Source: Lama guanicoe
Taxonomy: Eukaryota
NCBI GenBank assembly: GCA_013239625.1
Contig: MU054212.1
Coordinates: forward strand, 1,612,001-1,676,000
Direction: 5' to 3'
Length of the DNA: 64,000 nt
How positions within the stretch are numbered: position 1 is the first letter of the stretch; every line of letters starts with the position of its first letter. The notes under the pieces were generated by a model. The model worked only from the letters and a program-made list of their open reading frames with translations, had not been told where the DNA came from and searched no databases. The position numbers were made by a program, and so were the translations under genes. Positions 52,560-64,000 of this stretch are shown here, one piece after another.

Positions 52560-53210
52560 ATTGACACAGAGGAACAGAGAACCAATATCTTGCAAAAAGG
52601 ATACATTCGGATGCCTCTCCTTCTCTGCCCCAGCCTGGTTCTTTCCCATAAGTCCATCTCTGTGAAGGGTAGCCCCATGTACCCAGTTATGGATATCAGA
52701 AACCAGAAGCTACTCTACTCTTCTGTCTCCTCAGACCCACATGAAGCCCGTCCTTGGATCCAGGAGACTCCATCTGGGAATCTTTTTCAAATCCCTCCCT
52801 TCTTTCCCAAGGCTTCTACAGTCTAGCTCCAGCCTATCATTCCAGCCTTGCCCACCACTGTGCCCATGATTTAAGTTTACAGCTGTGCTTCTTCATGAAT
52901 TCTGCCTTTGTGTATAATCTCTCTTTCTGCAAGGCCCTCTCTTCCCCACTTCCTGTCTTGAGGAACTCATCCTGTCTTCTTCCAGCTCATCTCCAGTGTG
53001 AAGCTTTTCCAGCCCATTTCAACTACAGACTCTCACAGCCACAGTGCTGATCACAGTACAATGCAATTATTTGTAAACGGCTGTTTCCCTGACTTGAATG
53101 GGAACTCCTAGAGGTAGGGTCTATGACTCTATATCTCTGTCCCCACAAACCCAACAGGCACCTTGTACATAGAAGGTAATCACTCACTCCATCAACGCTT
53201 GGTGAATAAG
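52560..53210 (+). mobile_element. L2 fragments
   Basis: 'gaactcatcctgtcttcttccagctc...gacttgaatgggaactcctagaggtagggtctatgac...caggcaccttgtacatagaagg'. Confidence 0.55.
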
Positions 53211-56200
53211 TGACTTGGGGATGAGATCAGAGTGGGGATAGGAATGAAGAGAAATTGGAGAAACTGTGGCTGAATCAGAGGTGATGTTTCTTCTTCAGTG
53301 AACTGTACATATTTTATAAATTAAAAAAGTAACAGTGGCCCGTGGTTAATATGGAAATTGAATAGGGAGGTGGAAGTGTATGTAATATTCTCTTAGAGAA
53401 GGCAGAGCACTCTAGCCCTGTTCACAAGGTACACAGTGCTGAGAAGGAGAGAGGTAAAACTTCTTTCTTATTTCCCTTGCAAATGGTTGTTTTTCTTTCT
53501 TTTTCCATAATCCTTTGCCATTTGGAGGACACTCGTTAATCTGCAAAGCAAGCCCCCTTTCCAGGCCATTAGTGCCAGGACGATGTGAAATAGCGGCCAG
53601 CCTGGGCCATTAGTGCCATGGTCATTTAAAACACCAGCCCGCTCGGGTTATTAGCAAACCAGGGCAATTTGAGTGAACAACCTGTCCAGGCAATTAATGC
53701 CAAGGTAATTTAAAGGGCCACACCATCACAGGCCTGTCAATTAGCAAGGTGTCTTCCGTTTTACAAATGGGTATGCAAGGCCTTGAGCACATCCAGGGCC
53801 TTCCATAGGGTCCGGGAAGAGTCTGACCACTGAGTGCTTTCACCGTGTGGTTGGTACTCCTGACTTCAGGCAGGTTTCTGGACTACAGGCCTAAGGGTGG
53901 ATGTTGAAAGACGAATCTTAGAGATGCTGGCTTCTGTGCCCGGTGGCACCCTGGACAAAGTGTAAGATCCTTCTCCACAGCTTCGGAGCACGTATTGTAA
54001 TGCAGATTCCACTTCCCTTCCCCAGATACTCTTCAGGGAGACAGAGCACGATTCACAGCTTCTGCGGCGGCCCTAGAGAGTGCCAGCATGTGCCAGCTGC
54101 CTGGGTATCACATAGACCAGCCACACTCTTGGCACGCCAGAGGGGGTTGGGTGCCATCTCCCATTTTATGCAAAATCCAGCCTAGAAGCACAGATGAGCT
54201 CTGTGTTCTGGGGTGTTCCTGAAGAGATTAGCGCTGTTGTCTGTCACAGACATCACGATCGAATCTGGGGAAGTTTGAGGAAGGCGCAGGGGAGGGCCAG
54301 CTGGCTCAAGCAGACTCTTCTCTGCCTGCCGCCTCCTCCCAGGGAGGTTTTCAGGTGGCTTATCGGAGCTGGCTCACAGACACGCAGCCCTTCCAGGTCG
54401 GCTGCGGAATGCGGGGTCAGGAACCATAAACTGCAGTGTGAGATGAGGGCTGTCAGCTTAGCGGAAGGCAGAAAGCATCAATCACTTTTATGAGGTGCTC
54501 TGACCTTGTGGGATAGCCAAAACAACTTTGCAGACCCTAAAACATTCTTAAGTTACTTATTATCATCTCAATAATTATTCAGCATGTACAAAGCTCTTTT
54601 GCTGAAATACATCCTGTATAGTCTTTTCTTGGTTACTGTGATTAATCATTCCCATTCAGTGGTGGCGTTTAATCCATTTAATTTGAAAACCTTTGTTAGA
54701 GACGTGTTCCGGCAACAGACTAAGAACTCTGAAATGGAGTTACATTGGAAAGGCCTCTGCCTCCAGGAGTTTACAATCTTATTAGATTTCTCTGTCAAAT
54801 CCTTTGTGGCACTCACCATAAGCATGGAAAAATTTCACAGATTTCAGAAGCGAGGTGTCCAAAAAAGACAGCAGAGTTCAGGAAAGAATGACAAGAATTT
54901 AAGTCAAGGGATTAGAATAGGGAATAGTGAAGTGGCTACAAAATGATTCTGTGGTGGTTTGAAATATGATATGAAGCAAATTTAATTTTTCTGAGACCTA
55001 TTGAAAGCTTCAATCCAGCTCCTCTGATCCTTGGCTACAGTTGTTCCAGAATGTTCTGTGGCAGGAAGGAAATAAGCTGAATTCTCAGACACAGGGAACT
55101 TCCAATGGGGAAACTGAAATATACCAGCAATAAGTTCAGTTTTACCTGCTATTTTCTATGTATCAGAAAGATTTACTAAGTATTCACATGTAGGTAGATC
55201 CCTTGGACTATTCACTGTAAACAATAAGGAGCTTGTTCAACCAGGTCATTATGAAGACATATGAGCCCGTGAAACGTTCTCTCATATTTGCTAAAACTCT
55301 TCAAGGTCAAGGTCAAATGCCTTCTCCTCCCTGAAAGTTGCTTAAATCCTTTCCAAGGAACCCATATTACTTTGTAATTTTATTATGCTGTTATTCCTTT
55401 CTATCCTGTGTTACATCCTAGATTTGCGGGAACCAGACAGATTAAGATGTTCATTCTTGTTTTGTCCATGAATGACTACATTCTACAAAAATTCCTGTGT
55501 TTTCCAGCATCTACATTTCTCAGCCAGAAATACAACAAAACTTTGTCAAAAAAAGTGTTTTTGGCTTCTCATAAAGTCATTTCATTTAGATTCCAAACAA
55601 ACTAAAGCAGAGAGAAGAGGTGACCACAAGTTAATTTGTCCATGTGTGAGCTGAGAACCCCAAGTTTCTGGCTCCAGCCAGCAGGAGCTGTGGACACAGC
55701 CAGAGTCTGGGCCTCTTAGGCCACCATGGTCCCCCAGACCTGCCCTGCCTGGGCAGTCCATAAGCCGGGCACCCAGCACAAGTGGGGCCCTGTTGGTGCC
55801 AGGGCGAAGAGGGATATGTCACGGGTTCATGAGGACATAGGTGATGGGCAGCCCCTCGGCTCTTGGCTTTCTGTTTAGAGTCTGTGAACTATATTTGTAG
55901 CTGTTTTTAAGTGTTTTCCACTTTTAGGTATAACTTTCATAAAGGCTGTGATAGGATTTCTCAACTTCTATTTCCTCACAGTGTTCGTAGCACTGTGTTC
56001 TAACACTGCTTATTCAGGAAATTTCTGTAATCGTGAATCGGATATGTTTTATTTCTGTAGCTTGTATATTAAATGCAGTAAACTCAACAGGGCACACATA
56101 GGAAATTACTTTATTTTTTCCCAACTCTGATTTCCTAATATCTTTGGGCAAATTATCTCTTCACTACATCTTTGTAAGTTCTCTGAGGGATCCTATGTCC

Positions 56201-57891
56201 TCAAAGTCACTTTCAGCTAAACTCAGAGTCCCGTTTGGATAGTTAAGATTCATTTTCAGTTATTAAGCAGTCCAGTTTAGTTATGTTTAAAATTTCAATC
56301 TCACATCCAGTTAAAAGCTCTTCCCTCTCCTTTGCTCAGTCTTAAACCATGACTGGGGGACCTGCAATGAGTCTTTGGGCTTGAGCCTAGATTCTGAGAC
56401 AATAGAGGCCCCATCCTATTTCTTATTATACTATCACCCAGATAGAGAGGGCAGACACATCTTGGGCACATAATGTAATATACTTGGGTCTACTTGCTTC
56501 ATGTGGACAAAAACCTAGATTAAGGTTTAGTTTAAAGTATTTTCAGTTGTAAAATTGTTCATGATTTTATAATGTGACTATAGCAGCATTAAAGACTTTA
56601 ATCACCCAGACACCAAATCCAAATATTTTTGCAGCACAGAGTAGAAGTATTTTTTGCAAGGAAGAAGCTAATAAAACTTTTGCTCTGCATTCTGAATTTA
56701 GAATTAGCATCTGACAATCCCCTTGGAATTATAACTCTTGCATTGTTACACACTAAATAGCTACACTTGTCTTGTTAATAAAATCATAGTAATTCAGTAG
56801 CATTTTCATTAAGACACGAATGTGGTTCATTTTGTAGATAGATGAAAAAACAACCTGAAGATTCCATAGAAACTCAGACTTTCTTTTTTTTTTTTTTTTT
56901 TGATACAGATTGCACAGAATCCATATTAATGGGAAATTGTTTTGAACAAACATATCAGCAAGTCGGGTGCCATAGCCCCTTCTGGGGTCAGCACTACACG
57001 AGCCCCTGCCCTGGTGGTTGTCAAGTGTTCTTGTTTCCGGGCTGCCTAATTAGCTGGCAAAGTGGCTGCATGTCTCTATGTTAGAGACCCACTTAACATT
57101 CCCGAAGTGTGTAAGAAGGACTGCCCCAGATTTAACAGCATCTTGGAGCAGAGGTGGACACAGATAGAGCTTCAGTGAAGATGTTCTTGCAACCACACTG
57201 CTTGAGTTAAGTCACCCCTTGTGTGCACACCAAGCACATTGCATCATGATCTAATAAATCCTGGTGTAGGATCCAGAATCTAGGTTTGCTATGAATTCTT
57301 CCTCTATAAGAATCAGCAGGATGAACTAAGGGATCTACTAGGGTGGTAATCAGTAGATGCAGCCTTCAATGTGCTCCTGGGTACCACTTTCTGAGATGTG
57401 CTTGAACTCCGTGTGCATTCTCTGGACACTTTCTAGTAATGAAACTGAGATCTCCCAGTTATGTGGCAGGGTATGGATGGAGATAGTGGAGCATCTTGGC
57501 AAGCTGTCCACATCTGAGCAAGTGCTCTCTGCCCCTGACGTGTGGAGAAGGATGAGGCATAAGTAGCAACTTGGTGTCCAAATCATAGATATTTGCACAG
57601 ACCCTCAACTTAAAACAAAATTAGGCAAATACAGAATGAAACTAAGTGGTAGGCCAGTTAATATTTCAATAGAGACTTAAATACCATTTCAGCACTCGAA
57701 CACCATGCTTCTTTGAGCCATAGATGCCATCAGGTGTTTGGCAGCAGAGCACTAAACCAGAAGGGAAATTTCACAAATCTCAGTTGTAGTTCCTACCCTC
57801 CAGAACCTCAGAAATCTCCATTTTAACCATCTCCTTGGCAAATATTTATTTGGTGGCAAAATAGGTGCTGTAGGTCAAATCAAGATAAATC

Positions 57892-58178
57892 ATAATCAAG
57901 AGGTACAAACTTCCAGTTATAAAACAAATGTCATGGGGAGGATGTCATCTACAGCATGGTGACTTAGTTAATATCTCTGTATTATATACTTGAAAGTTGC
58001 TAGGAGAGTAGGTCTTAAAAGGTCTCATCACAAGAAAAAAAACTTGTAACTATGTGTGGTGATGGATGTTTATTCGACATTGTGGTGATCATTTCACAAA
58101 GTATACAAATATCGAGTCGCTGTGTAATACACTTGAGACTAATATTATATGTCAGTTATATCACAACTGAAAAAAACA
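57892..58178 (+). mobile_element. L1MA-type 3'UTR fragment with 10-bp TSD
   Basis: 'aggtacaaacttccagttataa...tacttgaaagttgctaggagagtaggtcttaaaaggtctcatcacaag...gtggtgatcatttcaca'. TSD aagataaatc at 57882-57891 and 58179-58188. Confidence 0.85.
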
Positions 58179-58518
58179 AAGATAAATCGACTAGATCTTG
58201 CTTTCAAGGTGTGACGGCCTGGGTTTAAACTGTCTCACTGCACTTACCGTTCCTGTGTGGCCTTTGGAAAATTACCACTCACTAGACCATGCTACAAGTT
58301 CTTGTGCTATTGAGAGGTGAATAGAAGGTTGAAAAGTGTGTGGCATGGTTTTAGAACAATTGGTACAGGGACTTGGAGAGGAGAGGGCGGGGCCAGAAAA
58401 ATGAAAAGATTGCCATAGATCAGAAATTCCAGCAGGCATCACCATCAGTGTCACCCAGCAGTTGTGAAAGAGAGCAGTTCATTCAGAGTCCCACTGGCTA
58501 ACCCTTAGAAGAGGGAGG

Positions 58519-58560
58519 GTGTGTGTGTGTGTGTGTTTGTGTGTTTGTGTGTGTGTGTGT
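58519..58560. repeat. (TG)n imperfect microsatellite
   Basis: Seen directly. Confidence 0.95.
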
Positions 58561-59694
58561 CTATCTGTCTGTCTGGGGTGAGAGAGAGGGAGTGAGAGGT
58601 GGGGAAATTGGTTCATTAGGTTGACAAAGCACCAGACAAGCAAGCTTCCTAACAGAGCAATCTGGAAACAAAACTATGAAGTTGTATGTATGAAAATATA
58701 AAGTTGATTGTATGAAGTCTAAGCTCACATAGCCAATCAATGAAAGAGGCAGGATTAAAATATGCATCCAAGGTCCCCCCACCCCCCAGCTAGGTGGGGA
58801 AGATAGCTTTCTTCCTGTCATCTTCTCGAGCTGACATTACATTTCCCAGTCAGATTTGCCCACAGATTGCTTTTCACACAGAGTACCTTGTAGCCCTAGT
58901 GTTTCAAATGGCAAAATAGGCAGTCAGTATAGAGGGATGTAGCAAGGGGACTCTCCCCTTCTTAGGGAATCTTCTTTGTATCTCTGTGTGTACACTCAGC
59001 ATTGGCATGAATCACTCCACGACTGCACACTTGCTGAGGGCAGAGATGGGCTGTATTCATCTCTGTGCTCCCTCCACGACCAGAATAATTCCTAGTGAGC
59101 TGTAGATGCTCAATAGAGCATACATTTCACTCACTTGAATGAGTCCCGGAGGCCAGCTTTGCAGAATTGGTGTTTGGTGACCAAGAACTGGGCTGAGGAA
59201 CAGGCTCGGGTTCTCTCTATTCAGACAGCTGAAGAACTGTCTGGATTCTGAGGCCACTGATGGTCCTTCCTCTCCTCCACTCACTCCTGGCTGAAAATCA
59301 CAAAGGTGGCTGATCCCAGGAGACCAGGAGCATTTACCCAATAAGGGAGCCTAACCCAGTGAAAGAGAGTTAACAGTCCAACTTCATATATCTGCCAAAT
59401 AGAAGGAGTTATAAGGTGCTGTTTAAATGAGCAGCTAATAATGACCTAAAGAGAAACAGGCCCCAGCTGGCCTTGGTGCTTCGATGTATGGTCTGGGGGT
59501 AGCAAAAGACATGACAGACCACAAATGAAGCCTCAGAGGTCAGTTTAGTTTCCATCTTCCATTGAGAGTGTCCCCTACTCCCTGCAAGGCGTCTCCTGAC
59601 ATAAATAGGTTACCTTGAAGGGAACACACACCAGCCCATGATTATCTATTACTACTTTAAAAGGGTTCACTTTTAAGCACTTGAGCGTCATTGC

Positions 59695-59830
59695 CAGCCT
59701 TTAAGGAGCTCAGACTCTGGAACGTATACTTTCTGTGATATTCTTTCAAGTCTCAGCTCTGCCATTACAAGTTGACTGACCTTGGAATCCACTTCACTTC
59801 TGAGGGTCTGATTTTCTCCAACACTAAAGT
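59695..59830 (+). mobile_element. MIR SINE fragment
   Basis: 'ttcaagtctcagctctgccattacaagttgactgaccttgga...tctgattttctcc'. Confidence 0.6.
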
Positions 59831-60171
59831 GAGTTTCAAGTCTGTGGCTCCCTGTGATTCTCCGGAACCAACTTGGTAGTTGCCTACTGCTTCTGCGAGT
59901 GCTCACAAAGTAGGTGATGGCCATCCACCCTGGTTTGTCCCATCAGTGAGAAGAATGATGGCTCCACTTGTCTTTCATTTATTGCTGTTGATGTCTCCAG
60001 GGGAAAGGAATTTGACTTTAAGGATTGAGTAAACCCCTGGTGCCTTCATTATTGATGATTCATTTGTACTATCCCACAAGTCTGACTACAAAGAATTTAC
60101 TAAGTGATGTTGCATAATGTAGTAAGATTCCACTCATAGTGAAATATATTAAAAAATGTTTGTAATATATT

Positions 60172-60245
60172 TCTTTCTATGTATCTATCCATCATGTACC
60201 ATCTATTTATCTATCATCTATCTATCAATCTATCCATCCATCTAC
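60172..60245. repeat. Degenerate (TCTA/TCCA)n tetranucleotide repeat
   Basis: atctatctatcaatctatccatccatct seen directly. Confidence 0.8.
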
Positions 60246-60249
60246 TGCA

Positions 60250-60418
60250 ATCTCCTTATTTGTATCATTGGTGTACTAATGTTAATGTCTGTCTCCTCTA
60301 CCGCATGGTACACTTGAAGAGTGCTGGAACCACATTTGTCTCATTTACTCTGTCAACTCTGTTTGGAACAATGCCTGGCATATTAGGTGCCTATAAAATT
60401 TTGTCGAATGAATGAGTG
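60250..60418 (+). mobile_element. L2 3' end
   Basis: 'gaacaatgcctggcatattaggtgcctataaaattttgtcgaatgaatga'. Confidence 0.7.
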
Positions 60419-60518
60419 ATCCTTGTAGACCTTATTCCCTACTCCTGGCCACTCTTCATTCCTAATGTCTCTCTTCTTGTCTATCCTCTTTTACTGCAAT
60501 GACTTTCAATTAAAAAAA

Positions 60519-61088
60519 ATTTTTTTTATTGAGATATAATTCATATACATAAAATTACCCATTTAAAGTACACACTTTAGTGGGTTTTAGTATGACTCAA
60601 ACAGTAGTACAGCCATCACCACTGTCTAATTCCAGAACCTTTCCATCACCCCAAAAAGATACCTCATACCCATCAGCAGTCACTCACCATCTCATCCTTC
60701 ATTTTGCCCCCGGCAGTCCCTAATCTACTTCTGTCTCCATGGATTTGCCTGTTTTGGACATTTCAAACTAGTGGAATCATACAATATGTGGTCTTTTATG
60801 TCTGGCTTCTTTTGCTTAGCATGTTTTCTGATGTTCATCACGTTCATACATGTAGTATGTATCAGTACTCCATTCTCATTTATGGCTTAATGATGTTCCA
60901 TTTTGTGTGTACAGGAAGTACATACACATTTTGTTTATCCATTCATCAATGGATGGACATCTGGGTTGCTTCTCCTTTTTAGCTATTATGTATAATGCAG
61001 CTATGAACATCCTTCTACAAGTTCTTGTGTGAACATGTGTTTTAAATTCTCTTGGGTATATCTTAGGAGTGGAGTTGCTGGATCATTG
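60519..61088 (-). mobile_element. L1MB-type 3' end
   Basis: T-tail then 'tttattgagatataattcatatacataaaattacccatttaaagtacac...ctaatctactttctgtctccatggatttgcct...tctcttgggtatatcttaggagtggagttgctggatc'. Confidence 0.85.
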
Positions 61089-63067
61089 TTTCATTCTTTC
61101 TGTTGTTGTTGTTGCTACTGCATGTGTTTTTTTTTTCCTTTTTCAGTTTCTTAGGTAGAAATATTACTGCACATACACATTATATTGCATGTAAATACAT
61201 ACTGTTTCATTCATTTTTGTAGGTGTCTTTCCAGTTTTTTATTTTAATTCACTATTTCTTCTTTCTGCTTTCCTTCGGTTAGGACATTTTGTTTTAATTT
61301 TGTTGTAGAGTTGAGAACCCCATTCATCACCTGACTATGCCTCGCTCTGTGTGTGGGCTAGCTGACTGTCAGCTGGGAATACAGACTCACTGGATTATGC
61401 AAGTTCTCTTCTGCAGGCAGCCATCTATTTCAGCCGGGGCTGTACCTGAGTATTGGGTACAACACAGACGAGGCTAGTCATTTCATTCTCTACCACTTAC
61501 TGTTACCTCATTTGGTTCCAGAAAGTCCACAAAGAACCCCTTAAAGATGCTTCAGAGCACCAGTGCTCCTTGATGGCGCATTTTAGTGAAAAGCCCATGG
61601 ACCAGCCTGACTCCACAGGAGATGGATGAAGATACTCGCTTTTGCATTGCAAAGAAGTGATCTGGAATCTTGAAACTTCTTGCTGATGGGTCTGCTGACC
61701 ATCAGAATGCTTCTTGGCTGTCAGCAAGTCCAGAGTAGTGCTGGGGAAGGATAATGCCTGACAGCCAGTTAAAAGGTTCCAATCAATGAGAGGAAACTTG
61801 TCTATGCAATGGAAAACCTTTCACCGTGTCTGACAGAGGCAGGAGTGCAAAGTCATAAAGAAAAGAACAAAAATTTGCTTGCCAGTTCCCTGAAAGCTCC
61901 CTTTTAAGCACTGAGATTTCTAGAGCTGGGTCGGGGGAGGTGGTGGATCTCAGATGCCATCGGATAGGTTATTAATGTTTCAAGGATTGCAGAATCATAA
62001 AAGTAAACATGGAGAGTAGCTATTAATCTTTCTAATTTCTCAACTGCCAATACCTACCCCTTCCAACTTCCTCTCCCTGCATTCAGGTAGGTTGTCAGGT
62101 CTGGTTTAAAAAGATGTCTGTGACAGGGCTTCCTCCTTTGGCGCAGGTGTCTCTGGTGAGATTTGACAGGAAGTTGGCCTGAATGGTTTCCTAAATCAGG
62201 GACATGAGAAGTGGAAGTGAGGATGTTCTGGTGTGAAGCTCAACAGCAAGGCAATACCTGCTGGGGGAGGAGCAGCTGGAATTCACAGCTTCAAAGATGT
62301 TTTTAGAGGCAGGCAGTGAAGTGGAGTGTCTTTTTTTTTTTTTTATTGGCAGCTAATCCTATGCGCTTGGTCATAATTAAAGACGGTGGCCACCCAGGTG
62401 GTTGGATTGAGATGAGCCTGGAGGCCCTCCCCATTCTCTCTACCTCGTGTGTGATTATTGGGAGCCTCCATGAGCAATTCCTTCCTTTGGGTTAAGACAT
62501 GATTCCCTATTAAAATGCAAACACCCCTGGGAAAAAGAATACATTAACCCTGATAATCATTCACCTTGATCTATATTTAAGCATCAGGTCCTTTCCAAAT
62601 AGTATCTCCTCCTAAAGGCAAATTTTGATGGGACTAGGATGGGAGCAGGATAGGAAGGAGGAGAGGAAAAGCCAGCTTTGCAGGAGAAGCACAATCAGTG
62701 GAAAGCTTGTGTCTCTGGGTAGAAGAAGGTACTTGTTGGGGAGGAGGATTAAACAACGTGAAGGGCAAGTCCACACGTACCTTGGGCATTGTCTTGACTC
62801 TGGCCAGTTCTGTGGTCGGTTCTCAGCTCCTGCACATCATGCCCACTGCTGTCAGCTGGTGACCACCAGGGCTGACTGTGCATTCTTGTTTCCTGACCCA
62901 GCTGCTCTCCACTAGAGGCAGGACAGTACTGGACATCAAAACAACTCAGCCCCTCCATTTCACTTGAGACCCTGAGCGCATTTCCAACTTAATTCACACC
63001 ACTAATGGTCCAGCAGGAATCTGGTTCTGCAGACAACTGGAGGCTGCAAGCAGACTCCATCCCTATA

Positions 63068-63551
63068 TGTGGCAGGCAGAGTAATGGCAAAGATGTCTGT
63101 GACGTCCTCGTCCCCAGACCCTGTGAATAGTTACTTTATGTGACAAAAGAGACTTTGCAGATCTAATTAAGTTAAGGACCTTGAGATGGGGAGATTATCC
63201 CGGATGATGTGTCCAATATAATCACAAGGGTCCCTAAAAGCAGAAGCAGAGAATTATTTCCAGCTGTAGTCAAAAAGAGGCTGACAGAAGAAGGGTCAGA
63301 GAGATGCTAGGCTGCTGGCTCTGGAGATGGAGGAAGGGGCCCAGAAGCCAAGGTATGCAGCCAAAAAGTAGGAAAAGGATTCTCCCCTTGAACTTCCAAA
63401 AAGGAATGCAGCCCTGCTGGCACCTTGACTTTAGCCCAATGAGACTTGTATTGAATTTCTGACCCACAGAACTGTAAGATAGTAAATCTGTACTGTTTTA
63501 AACCACTAAATGTGTGGTGGTTTGCAAGAGCAGCCATAGAAAACAAAATAC
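63068..63551 (+). mobile_element. MaLR solo LTR (MLT1D-like), near full length
   Basis: Starts tgtggcaggcagagtaatggc. Internal 'gactttgcagatctaattaagttaaggaccttgagatggggagattatcc'. Ends 'gtggtttgcaagagcagccatagaaaacaaaatac'. Confidence 0.85.
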
Positions 63552-63734
63552 CCTGGAAACTTGAGAGGAGTTAATCCTGCCTTGTCCCTCACCCTGTCTT
63601 CCTGGGTCATTTCCAAAATCAAGACTCTCGCCATCCCCTCCCTCCCAGATATTCATTGCCATTTAGTGCTCTCCTTCCTCAACCAACTCATCCACCAGAA
63701 CATTTCTGTGCTGCCCTTTGAAGCCCCTTTCAGT

Positions 63735-63935
63735 GAATAATAATAGATGCCATCAATTGAGCACTTATTTTAATGTGTTACTTATTCACTTTTCATACAT
63801 TATAAAGCACTTGTGTCTTATGTGCACAGAAACTAAGAATTAGACAGGTAAGTACCTTGCCCAGGGTCACACAGCGGGTGGTGGTGGAGGTGGGCTTCAA
63901 ACCCAGATCCCCAGCTCGTGTTCTCAGCCTATTCC
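63735..63935 (-). mobile_element. MIR SINE
   Basis: 'gaaactaagaattagacaggtaagtaccttgcccagggtcacacagcgggtggtggtggaggtgggcttcaaacccag'. Confidence 0.7.
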
Positions 63936-64000
63936 AGTACTTCCCAGAGGGTGTGCCGTAGAACAGCAGCTCCACGGGGTATGCGTGTGGGTGAGGAGAA

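Noticed and set aside
53564..53702. CRISPR-like repeat-spacer array
   Set aside because: Only three 14-bp units with unequal spacing, no cas genes, and a mammalian context.
61503..61727. Minus-strand 74-aa ORF ending at a possible donor (atgag|gtaac)
   Set aside because: No recognisable protein similarity and no clear upstream acceptor, so it cannot be supported without RNA data.
1..64000. The many 60-176 aa ORFs in the six-frame track as host genes or a novel operon-like system
   Set aside because: None resembles a protein family I recognise except L1 ORF1/ORF2. Many start at GTG/TTG, overlap on both strands or lie in repeats, as expected by chance in mammalian non-coding DNA.

Overview
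This is mammalian, not microbial, DNA. It is most likely camelid (alpaca/camel/llama), because it carries two short tRNA-derived SINEs of Vic-1 type and I saw no Alu, Bov-A/Bov-tA, PRE-1 or Can-SINE. I found no host protein-coding exon, RNA gene, CpG island or CRISPR array, so it reads as intergenic DNA or the interior of a large intron. The only recognisable coding remnants are broken LINE-1 ORF1/ORF2 pieces and a CR1/L3 fragment. Much of the window is transposon debris: L1 of several ages, L2, L3/CR1, MIR, MaLR/ERVL/ERV1 solo LTRs and hAT MITEs. The clearest structure is a three-layer L1-in-L1-in-L1 nest at 44.6-50.9 kb with both target-site duplications (TSDs) readable. A second young L1 copy with a perfect 20-bp TSD sits at 6.4-7.3 kb. 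In the non-repeat DNA the most notable signals are a ~175-bp nested palindrome at 36.34-36.52 kb, a triple GGCCATTAGTGCCA-type repeat at 53.56-53.75 kb, a CpG-retaining double-E-box inverted repeat at 18.87-18.93 kb, and HOX/CDX-motif clusters suggestive of developmental enhancers. I found no evidence for a new multi-gene system. Repeat subfamily names come from recalled consensus sequences, and old-repeat boundaries are approximate.
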